From a virus, in the IMG/VR virus record IMGVR_UViG_3300023174_000104, positions 32,689 through 96,688 of that record: a DNA stretch of 64,000 bases; one strand, 5' to 3'. The notes beneath the pieces are model-generated. The model did not search any database. It was given only the letters and a program-made list of their open reading frames with translations, and was not told where the DNA came from. The translations under genes were made by a program, and so were the position numbers. This document shows, in pieces, positions 1 to 10,737 of the stretch. Each line of letters begins with the position of its first letter. Positions within the stretch are counted from its first letter, which is position 1.

Positions 1-2
1 CA

Positions 3-128
3 TTCGAACCAGTCGTATCATTTATGACTCGTTACGGGTACATAGAGCTTACTAATACTGCGTCATCTTTCGGTAACGCAGCCGATTATGTTGGTGAAAT
101 AGCCGTGCAAAATCTTACTTTCCAATAA
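3..128 (+). CDS. Major capsid protein (T4 gp23-like), C-terminal fragment
   Basis: Translates FEPVVSFMTRYGYIELTNTASSFGNAADYVGEIAVQNLTFQ*; FxPxxxFxTRYG is the conserved gp23 C-terminal motif. Confidence 0.85.
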   Translation, partial: FEPVVSFMTRYGYIELTNTASSFGNAADYVGEIAVQNLTFQ

Positions 129-154
129 AATTTGGTTTGTTTATTTTGTTAAAC

Positions 155-180
155 AAAAAGGGTACTTGGTACCCTTTTTT
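155..180 (+). terminator. Intrinsic terminator after capsid gene
   Basis: AAAAAGGGTAC-TTG-GTACCCTTTTTT hairpin with U-tract. Confidence 0.85.
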
Positions 181-237
181 GTTGGCTATAGTTAAGTAGT
201 AGTGTATTATATTGAATTAACAAACATAAATAATATT

Positions 238-984
238 ATGAACAAATATGAAAAATGGTACGCTGCCATAACAAAACGAGGTCAACATAGACATATTGAT
301 GATTATACTGAAATACATCATATACTTCCTGAATCATTAGGCGGACCAGACACTCCGGAAAACAAAACAACATTAACTGCAAGAGAACATTTCATATGTC
401 ATTGGTTATTAACAAAGATATACAAAGACGGTGAAGCACATTGGAAAATGTTGAATGCTATTCGTATTATGCGAGCCGAAAACAAAAATCAACAACGATA
501 TTTTACTAAAATAACCTCGAGGGTTTATTCTAATCTTAAAAAAGAATACTCACAGTTACAGAGTATTAAATTTTCAGGTTCTGGCAACGGTATGTATGGA
601 AAAAATCATACAAAAGAAACTAAAAAAACAATAGGAGATGCTAATAGAGGTCGTACTCAACCAATGGAGGAAAAAATAAAACAAAAGTTAGCAATTACCG
701 GAAGAAAACGAAATCCTTTTACTGATGAATGGAAAGAAAAAATGTCGTCGGCTAAACAAGGAGAAAAGAATAATATGTTTGGAAAAAACCACACTGATGA
801 AACTAAACAGAAACAGCGTGAGAAAGCAACAGGAAGAAAACAATCACCTGAAACAGTTGCTAAAAAATCAGAAGCTATCAGAGGATTAAAGCGTGAAAAG
901 AAACTATGTCCGCATTGTAATAACGAAGTAGCAGTCAATGGTTATGTAAGATGGCACGGTGACAATTGTAAGCAAAAAGCATAA
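238..984 (+). CDS. HNH homing endonuclease with NUMOD3 repeats
   Basis: EIHHILPESLGG...LTAREHFICHWLL; NGMYGKNHT and NNMFGKNHT motifs; start placed at the ATG 5 nt after TAAATA. Confidence 0.85.
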   Translation: MNKYEKWYAAITKRGQHRHIDDYTEIHHILPESLGGPDTPENKTTLTAREHFICHWLLTKIYKDGEAHWKMLNAIRIMRAENKNQQRYFTKITSRVYSNLKKEYSQLQSIKFSGSGNGMYGKNHTKETKKTIGDANRGRTQPMEEKIKQKLAITGRKRNPFTDEWKEKMSSAKQGEKNNMFGKNHTDETKQKQREKATGRKQSPETVAKKSEAIRGLKREKKLCPHCNNEVAVNGYVRWHGDNCKQKA

Positions 985-1018
985 ATACAATATCTCAACG
1001 GGATGGGAAGTTACAATC

Positions 1019-1042
1019 AAGCACTCTTCGGGGTGCTTTTTT
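1019..1042 (+). terminator. Intrinsic terminator
   Basis: AAGCACTC-TTCG-GGGTGCTT followed by T-tract. Confidence 0.85.
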
Positions 1043-1086
1043 GTTGGCTATGGTTATTTGATAAATAGAATAAAGGGTAAGATATT

Positions 1087-2037
1087 ATGAACTTAAGTGG
1101 TTTAACATTAACAGGTGGGTTTAGTTACACTGCACCCCCTCCTCCCGGCACACAGAAAGCTATATTTGGATATGGAACTACCGGTACAGTAACTTCAATA
1201 ACCAATCTAGTATCAAACACGGGTGTTGTAGCGACAGATACCACAGGAGTAGGTACTGTAAGGCGACAACTTGCAGCCACAGGGTATGGTACAACTGGTC
1301 AGGCAATGTTTGGATATGGTATATTATCCGACGGTACAACATTTACGGCAATAACTAATCTTGTAAGTAATACAGGCGTAGTAGCAACTGATACTACAGG
1401 AGTAGGTACTGCTAGATGGCAACTTGCAGCCGCAGTTTACGGTAGTACCGGACAAGCAATATTTGGATATGGTGGAGATGGCACCGGTTATCTTTCTATA
1501 ACTAATTTAGTATCAAATACCGGTGCTGTAGCAACTGATACTACAGGAGTAGGTACTCAAAGATCAGCACTTGCGGCATCAGGATATGGAAATGATAAAG
1601 CTATTTTTGGTTATGGTTTTGCTTCCGGAACAGCACAAGTATCAATGACCAACCTAGTAAGTAATACAGGCGTAGTAGCAACTGATACTACTGGAGTAGG
1701 TACTGCAAGAAGTCTTCTTGCGGCAGCAAGTTACGGTAATGATAAAGCTATATTTGGTTATGGTCAGGAATCCGGCGGGATCCGATCATCAATCACTAAT
1801 AAAGTATCAAACACCGGTGTCGTTGCTACTGATACTACAGGTGTCGGTACTACTAGGGGTAATCTTGCAGCCGCTGGTTATGGAGGGGACAAAGCCATAT
1901 TTGGATATGGGTATGATGGTGCGGCATTAGCCGCAGTAACTAATCTTGTGTCTAATACAGGTGTGGTTGCCACAGATACTGCAAGTGTCGGTACTGCGAG
2001 ACAGGGCCTTGCAGCCGCAGGGTATTCAACTAGTTAA
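1087..2037 (+). CDS. Tandem-repeat (beta-propeller-like) virion/receptor-binding protein
   Basis: Six ~48-aa repeats AIFGYG-x-TNLVSNTGVVATDTTGVGTAR-xxLAAxxYG. Confidence 0.55.
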   Translation: MNLSGLTLTGGFSYTAPPPPGTQKAIFGYGTTGTVTSITNLVSNTGVVATDTTGVGTVRRQLAATGYGTTGQAMFGYGILSDGTTFTAITNLVSNTGVVATDTTGVGTARWQLAAAVYGSTGQAIFGYGGDGTGYLSITNLVSNTGAVATDTTGVGTQRSALAASGYGNDKAIFGYGFASGTAQVSMTNLVSNTGVVATDTTGVGTARSLLAAASYGNDKAIFGYGQESGGIRSSITNKVSNTGVVATDTTGVGTTRGNLAAAGYGGDKAIFGYGYDGAALAAVTNLVSNTGVVATDTASVGTARQGLAAAGYSTS

Positions 2038-2085
2038 TAAAAATTTGTAATATAACACTACCTAAACTTATAAAATATTGATAAT

Positions 2086-3030
2086 TTATAAAGTATAGTC
2101 AGTATCAACCGTTATATCCAATATACTTCTACGTTTTTCTTTTAATTTTTTTTGATGCAATCTATTACAATTAGCACATAGTGTTTTTAAATTACTTTTT
2201 TCTTTATTCTTATTATCACCGTCTTTATACACTATATCAAGTTGACATTTATCTTCAGGTATAAAACTACATTTTTCACATTTGTTCTTTTTATGTAATA
2301 GATAACCATGTTTTGGATTGTATGCGGCTTTACTACATGTAACACAGTATTTGTGCCATTTAATAAACCCATGTTTACTTTTACCATTACTTTTTGATAA
2401 TGATACTTTGCAATGTTCACATAAAGGTCTAGTGGGCTGTTTAGTAATCACTATACCTGAAGTTCTTGCTAGTATTTTTTGCTTTTTAATTTTTTCTTTT
2501 TCGTCTATCTTTTTCTGTTTTTGTATAGCTTTATTTCGTATTTTTTCTTTTTTCTTTTCTTCCTGTCGTTGTAATGTTAATAATCTTCTTTCATTTTTCT
2601 TATCTAAAAAAACTTTATCCTTTTCAGTTAATAGTCCATTTTCAATGCGACTATTACGAAGTTTTATAGTATCTTTCATTTTTTCTACAGCTTCTGTAGT
2701 AAGTTTTTGTCCTTTTTTTCGTCCTGGACCTTTGTGACCACCTGGTGCAATATTCCATCCTATATCAATACTAGGTCTTAACTCTGCTTCACGTAGATAG
2801 CAAGTATTTTCTTTATCAGTTAGTATTACTTCTTTGATAATATTTTCCCAACCGTATTTTTTAATAGCATTTACTAAATGTATATTTTTATGCTTATTGG
2901 TTTGTACTTGAGTTATATGAGACCTCATTCGTACATTAAAGTTTTTTGTCACACCAATATAACCATCTGTAGATGGATCTGTGTGTTCTGGTAATCTTAT
3001 CCAGTATAATAGTGCAATATCTTTTTTCAT
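2086..3030 (-). CDS. GIY-YIG endonuclease fused to a Cys-rich degenerate HNH-like domain
   Basis: LLYWI...GYIGVTKNFNVRMRSH...GWNIAPGG at the N-terminus; C-terminal CEHC/CVTC/CEKC and NLKTLCANCN. Confidence 0.7.
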   Translation of the reverse strand: MKKDIALLYWIRLPEHTDPSTDGYIGVTKNFNVRMRSHITQVQTNKHKNIHLVNAIKKYGWENIIKEVILTDKENTCYLREAELRPSIDIGWNIAPGGHKGPGRKKGQKLTTEAVEKMKDTIKLRNSRIENGLLTEKDKVFLDKKNERRLLTLQRQEEKKKEKIRNKAIQKQKKIDEKEKIKKQKILARTSGIVITKQPTRPLCEHCKVSLSKSNGKSKHGFIKWHKYCVTCSKAAYNPKHGYLLHKKNKCEKCSFIPEDKCQLDIVYKDGDNKNKEKSNLKTLCANCNRLHQKKLKEKRRSILDITVDTDYTL

Positions 3031-3150
3031 GCATATATTTATAATAAAAAAGATTTTTTGAGTGCTTTTACTCAACATAAAATGGTGTTTTATGGAATAC
3101 TTCTTTTATTTTTTTGATAAATATATTATAACAATTTTTCAGGATATTAC

Positions 3151-6100
3151 ATGGCAGCAGATGAATTTAATTCGTTAGGTGGGTACTCGGTAAATATACC
3201 ACCTATTACCGTAATTGATGAAAACGGTAATGTAGTTACAAACGTATTAGCTCCTGCAGGTAATGTTGCTGTGGCAAGAATTTATGCCGCAAATTACTTT
3301 TATGCCAATGGTGTACCATTCAATGCAGGTGGTAATCCATACGGTCCAAACGATAGTGTTCAGTTTAATAGTAATGGTGCATTTGATGGTAGTGCAAATT
3401 TCACATTTAATAATATTACTCAATTATTAACTGTTCCTAGTATAAATGTCTCTGGTTTAAGTAATTTAGGTAATATAGGAAATATTACCATTACAGGTGG
3501 CACTGCAGGATATCTGTTAACCACTAGTGGCAATGGTGTGTTAAATTGGACACCTCCTAGTACTGGTTCTGCTATTAGTAATGGTACAAGTAATTTAAAT
3601 ATTACTACAGTTAACGGTAATATAGTTGCAGGTATTAATGGTGTAGCAAATGTATTTTCTATAACTAGTGAAGGTGCTATAACGTCCGGTAATGTAATTG
3701 CTGGTAATGTTAAAACTGACAACTTGTTGTATGCTAACGGTGATCCATATGTATTTACGACTAATGCTGCCGGTAGTAACACCCAAGTTCAATTCAATAA
3801 CAATAATGCATTTAGTGCTAGTGCTAATTTTACTTTTGATAATACTACTAATACATTATCAGTAACAAATATAATATCAAATGGTGCTGGTTTATCAAAT
3901 ATTACTGGTGCAAATGTTACTGGTCAAGTTGATTATGCAGCCATAGCTAATAGTGTAGATGTAGCCAATGTAGTAGGTATAGGTAATATAGCTACCATAA
4001 ATTTAGATGGTAACGTTAGTAACATTTTACGTGGTGACGGTACTTGGGGAGCAGAAGCCGGCAATTTAAATGCAAATTTTGCAAATTTTGCTGGCAATGT
4101 AACAGTAAGTTCTCAGCCAAATATCACAAGTCTTGGTACACTTGTTAGTTTAACTGTTGCAGGTAATGCAAATATAACTGGAAATTTAGCAACTCAAGGT
4201 ACTATAGTATCTAATGCTAATATAACCGGTGCTAATTTAATAACTAGTAATGGAATTTATGCGAACACCGCTACTATTACTGCTAATCTTACATCAGGTA
4301 ATGCTAATTTAGGTAACTTGGCTACTGCTAATTACATAAATGTATCACAACAGTTTAATGGTAATGTTGCCAACTTTAGCGGTAATGTAACATCATTAAA
4401 TGCTAATTTAGGTAACTTGGCTACTGCTAATTACATAAATGTATCACAACAGTTTAATGGTAATGTTGCCAACTTTAGCGGTAATATAACAGCATTAAAT
4501 GCTAATTTAGGTAATCTAGTTACTGCTAATTATGTAAACGTTTCAAGTAATACAATAACAAATAATTTAACTGTTAATTTAGCGTTAAGTGGTAATACAG
4601 CCAATTTCACTGGTAACATAACAGCATTAAATGCTAATTTAGGTAATCTAGTTACAGCCAATTATGTAAACGTATCACAACAACTTAATGGTAATACAGC
4701 CAACTTCACCGGCAACATAACAGCATTAAATGCTAATTTAGGTAACTTGGCTACTGCCAATTATGTAAACGTATCAAGTAATACAATAACAAATAATTTA
4801 ACTGTTAATTTAGCGTTAAGTGGTAATACGGCTAACTTTATTGGTAATTTAAATGCAGGTAATTTAAGCACAGCTGGCACTGGCAATATTACAATGTTTG
4901 GCGGAAATATCAATGGTGCTAATGTAATTACTGCTAATATTTTTAGTGGCAATCTATCAGCAACAACTGCCGAAATTTCTGGCAACACAACAACAAATAA
5001 TCTAACCGTTAATTCACACATTTCAGCTAATACTGCTAATTTCAGTGGTAACTTAACAGCATTAAATGCTAATTTGGGTAACTTAGCTACTGCTAATTAC
5101 ATAAACGTATCACAACAGCTTAATGGTAATGTTGCTAATTTCAGTGGTAACTTAACAGCATTAAATGCTAATTTGGGTAACTTAGCTACTGCTAATTATG
5201 TAAATGTATCAAGTAATCTAATTGTTAGTAATTTAACAGTTAATTTAGAGTTAAGTGGTAATACAGCCAACTTCACTGGTAACGTAACATCTTTAAATGC
5301 TAATTTGGGTAATCTAGTTACAGCCAATTATGTAAACGTTTCAAGTAATACAATAACGAATAACTTAACTGTTAATTTAGAGTTAAGTGGTAACACAGCT
5401 AACTTCAGTGGCAACATAACATCATTAAATGCTACCTTAGGTAATCTAGCTACTGCTAATTATGTAAATGTATCACAGCAACTTAATGGTAATGTTGCTA
5501 ATTTCAGTGGCAACGTAACATCATTAAATGCTAACTTAGGTAATCTAGCTACTGTTAATTTTATACAAACCAATGAGATATTTAATGGAAATAGTAATGT
5601 TAGAATAGCTCCAAATGGTAATGTAACAGTTTCTGTTACTGGCACAACAAATGTATATACTTTAAGTAATGTAGGTGCAAACATTGTTGGTTATGTGTCA
5701 GCGAACGGCAACGGAACATTTGGTGCATTATATTCAAATACGTTAACATCTCAGGCTGGCAATATAACAATATATGCCGCACCGGGAAATAACTATGTTG
5801 AACTACGTCCTTCTGGCAATGGTCATGTAGATGTTGCCAATTATAGAATTCAAAATTTAGGGACGCCTGTTACTAGTACAGATGCCGCAACAAAACAATA
5901 TGTTGATGATGTTGCTCAAGGTTTAAACATACATGATGCCTGTCAGGCAGCAACATCAACAACTTTGAATATAATTACTAGTGGTACTGTTGCATATAAT
6001 AATGGTGCTAGTGGAGTAGGTGCAAACTTAGTAACAACTGGATCATTTAATTTAATAGATGGAGTAAATGTACAAACTAGTGGAACACGTATTTTAGTTA

Positions 6101-8544
6101 AAAATGAAGCTAATGCAGTATGGAATGGTATCTATACTTGGGCAAATAGTACAACAATTGTTCGTGCAACTGATTTTAATAGTGTACCAGAAGTAGAAGC
6201 AGGTGATTTTACTTTCATAACCGGTGGCACACTTTATGATAATACGGGTTGGGTACAAACATCTGTTGTAGTTACTATTGGCACTGATCCAATTGAATTT
6301 ACACAATTCAGTGGTGCTGGTACTTATCAAGCAGGTAGTGGTTTAACGTTAACGGGTACAGTATTCAGTGTAAATGTTGATAATGTCACTACTGAAATTG
6401 CAGGAGGTAATGTAGTAGTTAAAGCAAATGCACAACTAACTACTCCTAATATTGGCGCCGCAACTGGTACTAGTATAAATTTAACTGGTAATGTATTAGC
6501 AAATAACATAAACGCCAATACCAAAATAACATCTTTTGATATAGGTGTTTCTAACAATATTGTTACATCTAATGCAACAATAAACCTTGAGTTGTCAGGT
6601 AATACTGCAAATTTTACCGGTAATATAAAATCATTAAATGCTAATCTTGGTAATTTGGCTATAGCTAATTACTTTCAAGGTGATGGTAGCTTACTTACAA
6701 ATGTTTCTGCTACTGGAAGTCTGTCAAACGGTACATCAAATGTTAGTATTCCGTCTGTTAATGGTAATGTAAATATAAGTGTTAATGGTAATGCGAATAT
6801 ATTAACTGTGACCGGTACAGGTGCAAATTTAACAGGAACATTGAATGTTACCGGATTAGTAACTATACCAAATACAGCAGGTGGCGCAACTGATATAGCA
6901 CTAGGTAATCCTACTCAAGGTAATCTAATTAGTAATGCTGTAACTTTAACAAACTCATCATCTGTGTCAAATGCAATAGCTCAATTAAATGTAGTATTAG
7001 GAAAATTAGTTCCTCCTTCTCCCCCAACGTTCCCCGCTAGTCAATCAATTGCTATCAGTACTTTGTCAACATATCGTATGGCAAACTTCACTCAAACTGA
7101 TAATACACCCGGAGCTAATAAATCAGTAGCCGGTGGTACAACAGTAACTAATGTTCGTAGAGCCAGTTCTTATGTCACTGGTAACATCACAGTAGCAGGT
7201 CCAGGAGACACTGGAACAATAACAGCATTTTTAAATGGTGCAGATGCAGGTAATAGAACACTTACAAGTAGTTTAAATGGTAACGGAACTTATAGTAATT
7301 TGGTTATATTTAATAACTATGATTATAATGTTGCTAATGCAAATATTGCAGCCGGCTTTTGGAGCGTATTCTCCTCAAGAGCCGCAGGCACTGTAACCGA
7401 GGGTTGGAATGAAGTTTATATTGCTGATAGTGCGGCAAGTAATACAAATACTGCAAATTGGTATTATGATTCTAGTGCACCGGGAACTCCTTCTTTTAGT
7501 TCATTAACTATATCTCCACCTGTATCACCAAGTTATACATATTCAAGTACAGTTCCTCATTATACCAACACAAACATATTCACGTTAACAGCTAATGTTA
7601 ATAAATTAAGTGGTAATATGTATCCAACAAGTGATACGTTTGTTACAGGTACATCAGGTGGAGCATTTGGTACACCAAGTAGTGTAACATACTCGGCAGC
7701 GGGAGTAACAACTCCATTAGCACAAAACTTATATGTAAGTTCTGGTAATGCTTCTATATCAACTACTGCAACTATTATATCTGGATTTGGTGCAAGTAGT
7801 ACTGGTCCTTCATTATCATCAAACAACAGCTATAACTCTGCTACACAAGCATTTACATCAACTTTGGCTGCAAATGTATTGTACAAAACAGGTACTGTTA
7901 GTTCTGCATCAACGATTGAAGAAGCAAATGTATTTGTTGGATCAACTATTGGTACTGGATCTGGTTTAGCATTTAGAATTATTAATCCAGGTAGTGCTGA
8001 CACTCCGGTATATACTGCAAGTGCAGCCGCTTTTAATAGTCAATCAAGTACATTACAAACATATGATTCAACTGTTGTTGCTAATATATTAAAGCATGAC
8101 CAAACAAATTATAGTACTGGATATTTACCGTTAGGACCTAATTTAAGTTCCGGACGTACTGGTTCACAGTATTTTACTTTTAAAATTATTAGAACATCTG
8201 TTTCTAAATTTGATATTAAGTGGACTGGTACTATTGCAGGATTATGGATAGCATTACCGGGAAGTGTTATTGATAGTACAAGTAGTGCAAATGGATGGAT
8301 TGATATGAGTATAGCATATGCCGGAGCAGGTATACCAGGGGTGAATAGCCCAGGTAATGGTAGTAATGGTTGTGCCTTGGGGGGAGTAGCCCCGTTAAAT
8401 AGTGCCCAAACTAATAAATCAGTAACAGCAACATTTGGTACAGTAAGTAGCTCTAGTACAGCAACTAGTGAAATTTACATACGTATTAAGTTAACAAGTG
8501 GGCAATCAGTGACCGCTCTTTCTTTACAGACTGCGAGTAACTAA
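3151..8544 (+). CDS. Giant tail fibre / virion structural protein
   Basis: 1797 aa; NANLGNLATAN repeats; DAATKQYVDDVAQGL fibre module. Confidence 0.7.
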   Translation: MAADEFNSLGGYSVNIPPITVIDENGNVVTNVLAPAGNVAVARIYAANYFYANGVPFNAGGNPYGPNDSVQFNSNGAFDGSANFTFNNITQLLTVPSINVSGLSNLGNIGNITITGGTAGYLLTTSGNGVLNWTPPSTGSAISNGTSNLNITTVNGNIVAGINGVANVFSITSEGAITSGNVIAGNVKTDNLLYANGDPYVFTTNAAGSNTQVQFNNNNAFSASANFTFDNTTNTLSVTNIISNGAGLSNITGANVTGQVDYAAIANSVDVANVVGIGNIATINLDGNVSNILRGDGTWGAEAGNLNANFANFAGNVTVSSQPNITSLGTLVSLTVAGNANITGNLATQGTIVSNANITGANLITSNGIYANTATITANLTSGNANLGNLATANYINVSQQFNGNVANFSGNVTSLNANLGNLATANYINVSQQFNGNVANFSGNITALNANLGNLVTANYVNVSSNTITNNLTVNLALSGNTANFTGNITALNANLGNLVTANYVNVSQQLNGNTANFTGNITALNANLGNLATANYVNVSSNTITNNLTVNLALSGNTANFIGNLNAGNLSTAGTGNITMFGGNINGANVITANIFSGNLSATTAEISGNTTTNNLTVNSHISANTANFSGNLTALNANLGNLATANYINVSQQLNGNVANFSGNLTALNANLGNLATANYVNVSSNLIVSNLTVNLELSGNTANFTGNVTSLNANLGNLVTANYVNVSSNTITNNLTVNLELSGNTANFSGNITSLNATLGNLATANYVNVSQQLNGNVANFSGNVTSLNANLGNLATVNFIQTNEIFNGNSNVRIAPNGNVTVSVTGTTNVYTLSNVGANIVGYVSANGNGTFGALYSNTLTSQAGNITIYAAPGNNYVELRPSGNGHVDVANYRIQNLGTPVTSTDAATKQYVDDVAQGLNIHDACQAATSTTLNIITSGTVAYNNGASGVGANLVTTGSFNLIDGVNVQTSGTRILVKNEANAVWNGIYTWANSTTIVRATDFNSVPEVEAGDFTFITGGTLYDNTGWVQTSVVVTIGTDPIEFTQFSGAGTYQAGSGLTLTGTVFSVNVDNVTTEIAGGNVVVKANAQLTTPNIGAATGTSINLTGNVLANNINANTKITSFDIGVSNNIVTSNATINLELSGNTANFTGNIKSLNANLGNLAIANYFQGDGSLLTNVSATGSLSNGTSNVSIPSVNGNVNISVNGNANILTVTGTGANLTGTLNVTGLVTIPNTAGGATDIALGNPTQGNLISNAVTLTNSSSVSNAIAQLNVVLGKLVPPSPPTFPASQSIAISTLSTYRMANFTQTDNTPGANKSVAGGTTVTNVRRASSYVTGNITVAGPGDTGTITAFLNGADAGNRTLTSSLNGNGTYSNLVIFNNYDYNVANANIAAGFWSVFSSRAAGTVTEGWNEVYIADSAASNTNTANWYYDSSAPGTPSFSSLTISPPVSPSYTYSSTVPHYTNTNIFTLTANVNKLSGNMYPTSDTFVTGTSGGAFGTPSSVTYSAAGVTTPLAQNLYVSSGNASISTTATIISGFGASSTGPSLSSNNSYNSATQAFTSTLAANVLYKTGTVSSASTIEEANVFVGSTIGTGSGLAFRIINPGSADTPVYTASAAAFNSQSSTLQTYDSTVVANILKHDQTNYSTGYLPLGPNLSSGRTGSQYFTFKIIRTSVSKFDIKWTGTIAGLWIALPGSVIDSTSSANGWIDMSIAYAGAGIPGVNSPGNGSNGCALGGVAPLNSAQTNKSVTATFGTVSSSSTATSEIYIRIKLTSGQSVTALSLQTASN

Positions 8545-8546
8545 TT

Positions 8547-10682
8547 ATGGCAGTATCACAATCACAAATTGTTGACTTATTATATAAACAGGCATTCGGT
8601 GTTACAAAAACCGATACGGCTACTAATAAGAGTCCTAGTAACGAAAATATTCCTAGTCCTCTTTTAATACGTGGTGATACAATTTGGACACAATCAGATC
8701 AAATCCCATCAACCGCAACAGCAACTGCAGGTATTGTTCAGGCATATACTGGCGCAAATGCAATAGAATGTATTGCAGATAATACAACTGTTCCAATTGG
8801 TGGAATATATCCAACATGGCTAACCGAATTAACATATTGGATTCCTTCAGAATTTGGCGCTACCTATACAGTACAAGTTTGGGTTGATAATCCAGGAGTT
8901 GCTAATCCAACTTTAACTGGTACACAGATTTTTGCAGCCGGCTCTGGTGGTACAGGACAATATTATTATAATTATCAATCAGGAGTATTAAACTTTATTG
9001 GTGAAACAATACCGGCGTCGTTGACTTCTGGTAAAGTATTATACATTGTTGGTTATAGATATATAGGCGAAGTTGGTGTAACAAACTTACCTAATAATAC
9101 TACTATAGGTAATTTGAATTTTACCGGTACTACGATAAGTAGTACAACTGCAAATGGCAATATTATTATTGCTCCAAATGGTACTGGAACAGTACAAATT
9201 AGTTCTGCAGTAACATCTAATGGTAATATTACTGCAACCTTTTTTATTGGAAACGGTAGTCAATTAACTGGAGTAGCGGCTAGCAATGCGGCAACTTCAG
9301 GTACAGTAACTGATAATGCACAACCAAACATCACATCAGTTGGCACATTAATTTCATTAAATGTTTCTAGTAATGTTACTGCTAGTAATTTTATAGGTGC
9401 ATTAGCTAATGGAAATAGTAATGTAAATATACCTAATATTAATGGCAATATTAATTTAACCGCAGTAGGCAATACTACTATGGTAGTTACAGGTACTGGT
9501 GTTAATGTAGAAGGTACTTTAACTACTACAGGAAGTCTTACTTTAATTGGTAGCAATGTAACTGGCGCTAATGTTGTTTTTGCTAACACTGTTTCTGCCA
9601 ATTTATTAGCAACAACATCAAATGTTTCAAGTAATAGTATTACAAATAATTTAACTGTTAATTTGGCACTTAGTGGTAATACTGCTAACTTCACTGGTAA
9701 TATAATAACATTAAATGCAAATTTAGGTAATGCAGCCTCTGCTAATTATTTTATTGGAAACGGTAGTTTATTAACAGGAGTAGCAGCCAGTAATGCAGTA
9801 AGTGCGGGTACGGTAACTAATAATTCTCAACCTAATATTACTAGTGTTGGTACATTAATTTCATTAGATATTTCTGGTAATCTTACTGCAGGCAATGCTA
9901 ATTTAGGTAACCTAATAACAGCTAACTTCTTCAGTGGGTCGGGCAATTTATTAAGCAATATTCAGGGAAGTAATGTTACCGGTAATGTAACTAGTGCAGT
10001 TACAGCTAATTTTGCTAACTACGCAGGTAATGTAACTTTAGCGGCCCAATCAAATATTACAAGTGTTGGAACATTAACAAGTTTATCAGTAACTGGTAAC
10101 ATCAGTACCGGGAATGCTAACTTAGGTAACCTTGCAACAGCTAACTTCTTTAGTGGATCCGGTAATAACTTAAGTAATATTCAAGGAAGTAATGTCACTG
10201 GTCAAGTAGGTAACGCATTAGTAGCTAGTACAGTGTATACAAATGCTCAACCAAACATTACAAGTACAGGTACATTAACAGGTTTAACTGTATCAGGACA
10301 TTTAACAGCAAACACATTCCAGATGGGATATGGAATATATGCATTTTATTCTACATCTGTATATTTTGCTACAACAGCTAGTACATCTGCTAATCAATTA
10401 TTATGGGATTATCCTGTGGCAGACTTGTCTGCTATTGATTTTACCATTATTGCAACAGATAATGTAGGTGCTTCTAGACAATCATGTAAGATATCAGCCG
10501 CCATATTAGGTACAACTGTTACATATAACGAATATGGTGGATTGTTTATAAACGGTGGGGTGGGCAGTTTTAGTGTAATATATAATGGAAGTGGGCCAAC
10601 ACCAACTTTAGAGTTGGTAGTAACTCCGGATTCTTCAAATCTAACAGAATATAATATGCTAATTTCTAAGTATTTGGTGTGA
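8547..10682 (+). CDS. Tail fibre-like structural protein
   Basis: 711 aa; AQPNITSVGTL repeats; closely spaced with neighbouring fibre genes. Confidence 0.65.
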   Translation: MAVSQSQIVDLLYKQAFGVTKTDTATNKSPSNENIPSPLLIRGDTIWTQSDQIPSTATATAGIVQAYTGANAIECIADNTTVPIGGIYPTWLTELTYWIPSEFGATYTVQVWVDNPGVANPTLTGTQIFAAGSGGTGQYYYNYQSGVLNFIGETIPASLTSGKVLYIVGYRYIGEVGVTNLPNNTTIGNLNFTGTTISSTTANGNIIIAPNGTGTVQISSAVTSNGNITATFFIGNGSQLTGVAASNAATSGTVTDNAQPNITSVGTLISLNVSSNVTASNFIGALANGNSNVNIPNINGNINLTAVGNTTMVVTGTGVNVEGTLTTTGSLTLIGSNVTGANVVFANTVSANLLATTSNVSSNSITNNLTVNLALSGNTANFTGNIITLNANLGNAASANYFIGNGSLLTGVAASNAVSAGTVTNNSQPNITSVGTLISLDISGNLTAGNANLGNLITANFFSGSGNLLSNIQGSNVTGNVTSAVTANFANYAGNVTLAAQSNITSVGTLTSLSVTGNISTGNANLGNLATANFFSGSGNNLSNIQGSNVTGQVGNALVASTVYTNAQPNITSTGTLTGLTVSGHLTANTFQMGYGIYAFYSTSVYFATTASTSANQLLWDYPVADLSAIDFTIIATDNVGASRQSCKISAAILGTTVTYNEYGGLFINGGVGSFSVIYNGSGPTPTLELVVTPDSSNLTEYNMLISKYLV

Positions 10683-10737
10683 TATACCAATACATAAATT
10701 ACGAAAAAGATAAATATAAATATAAGGACACAACAAA

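Noticed and set aside
4270-5560. Tandem DNA repeats resembling an array
   Set aside because: They are in-frame coding repeats (NANLGNLATANY), not CRISPR: no unique spacers and no cas genes.
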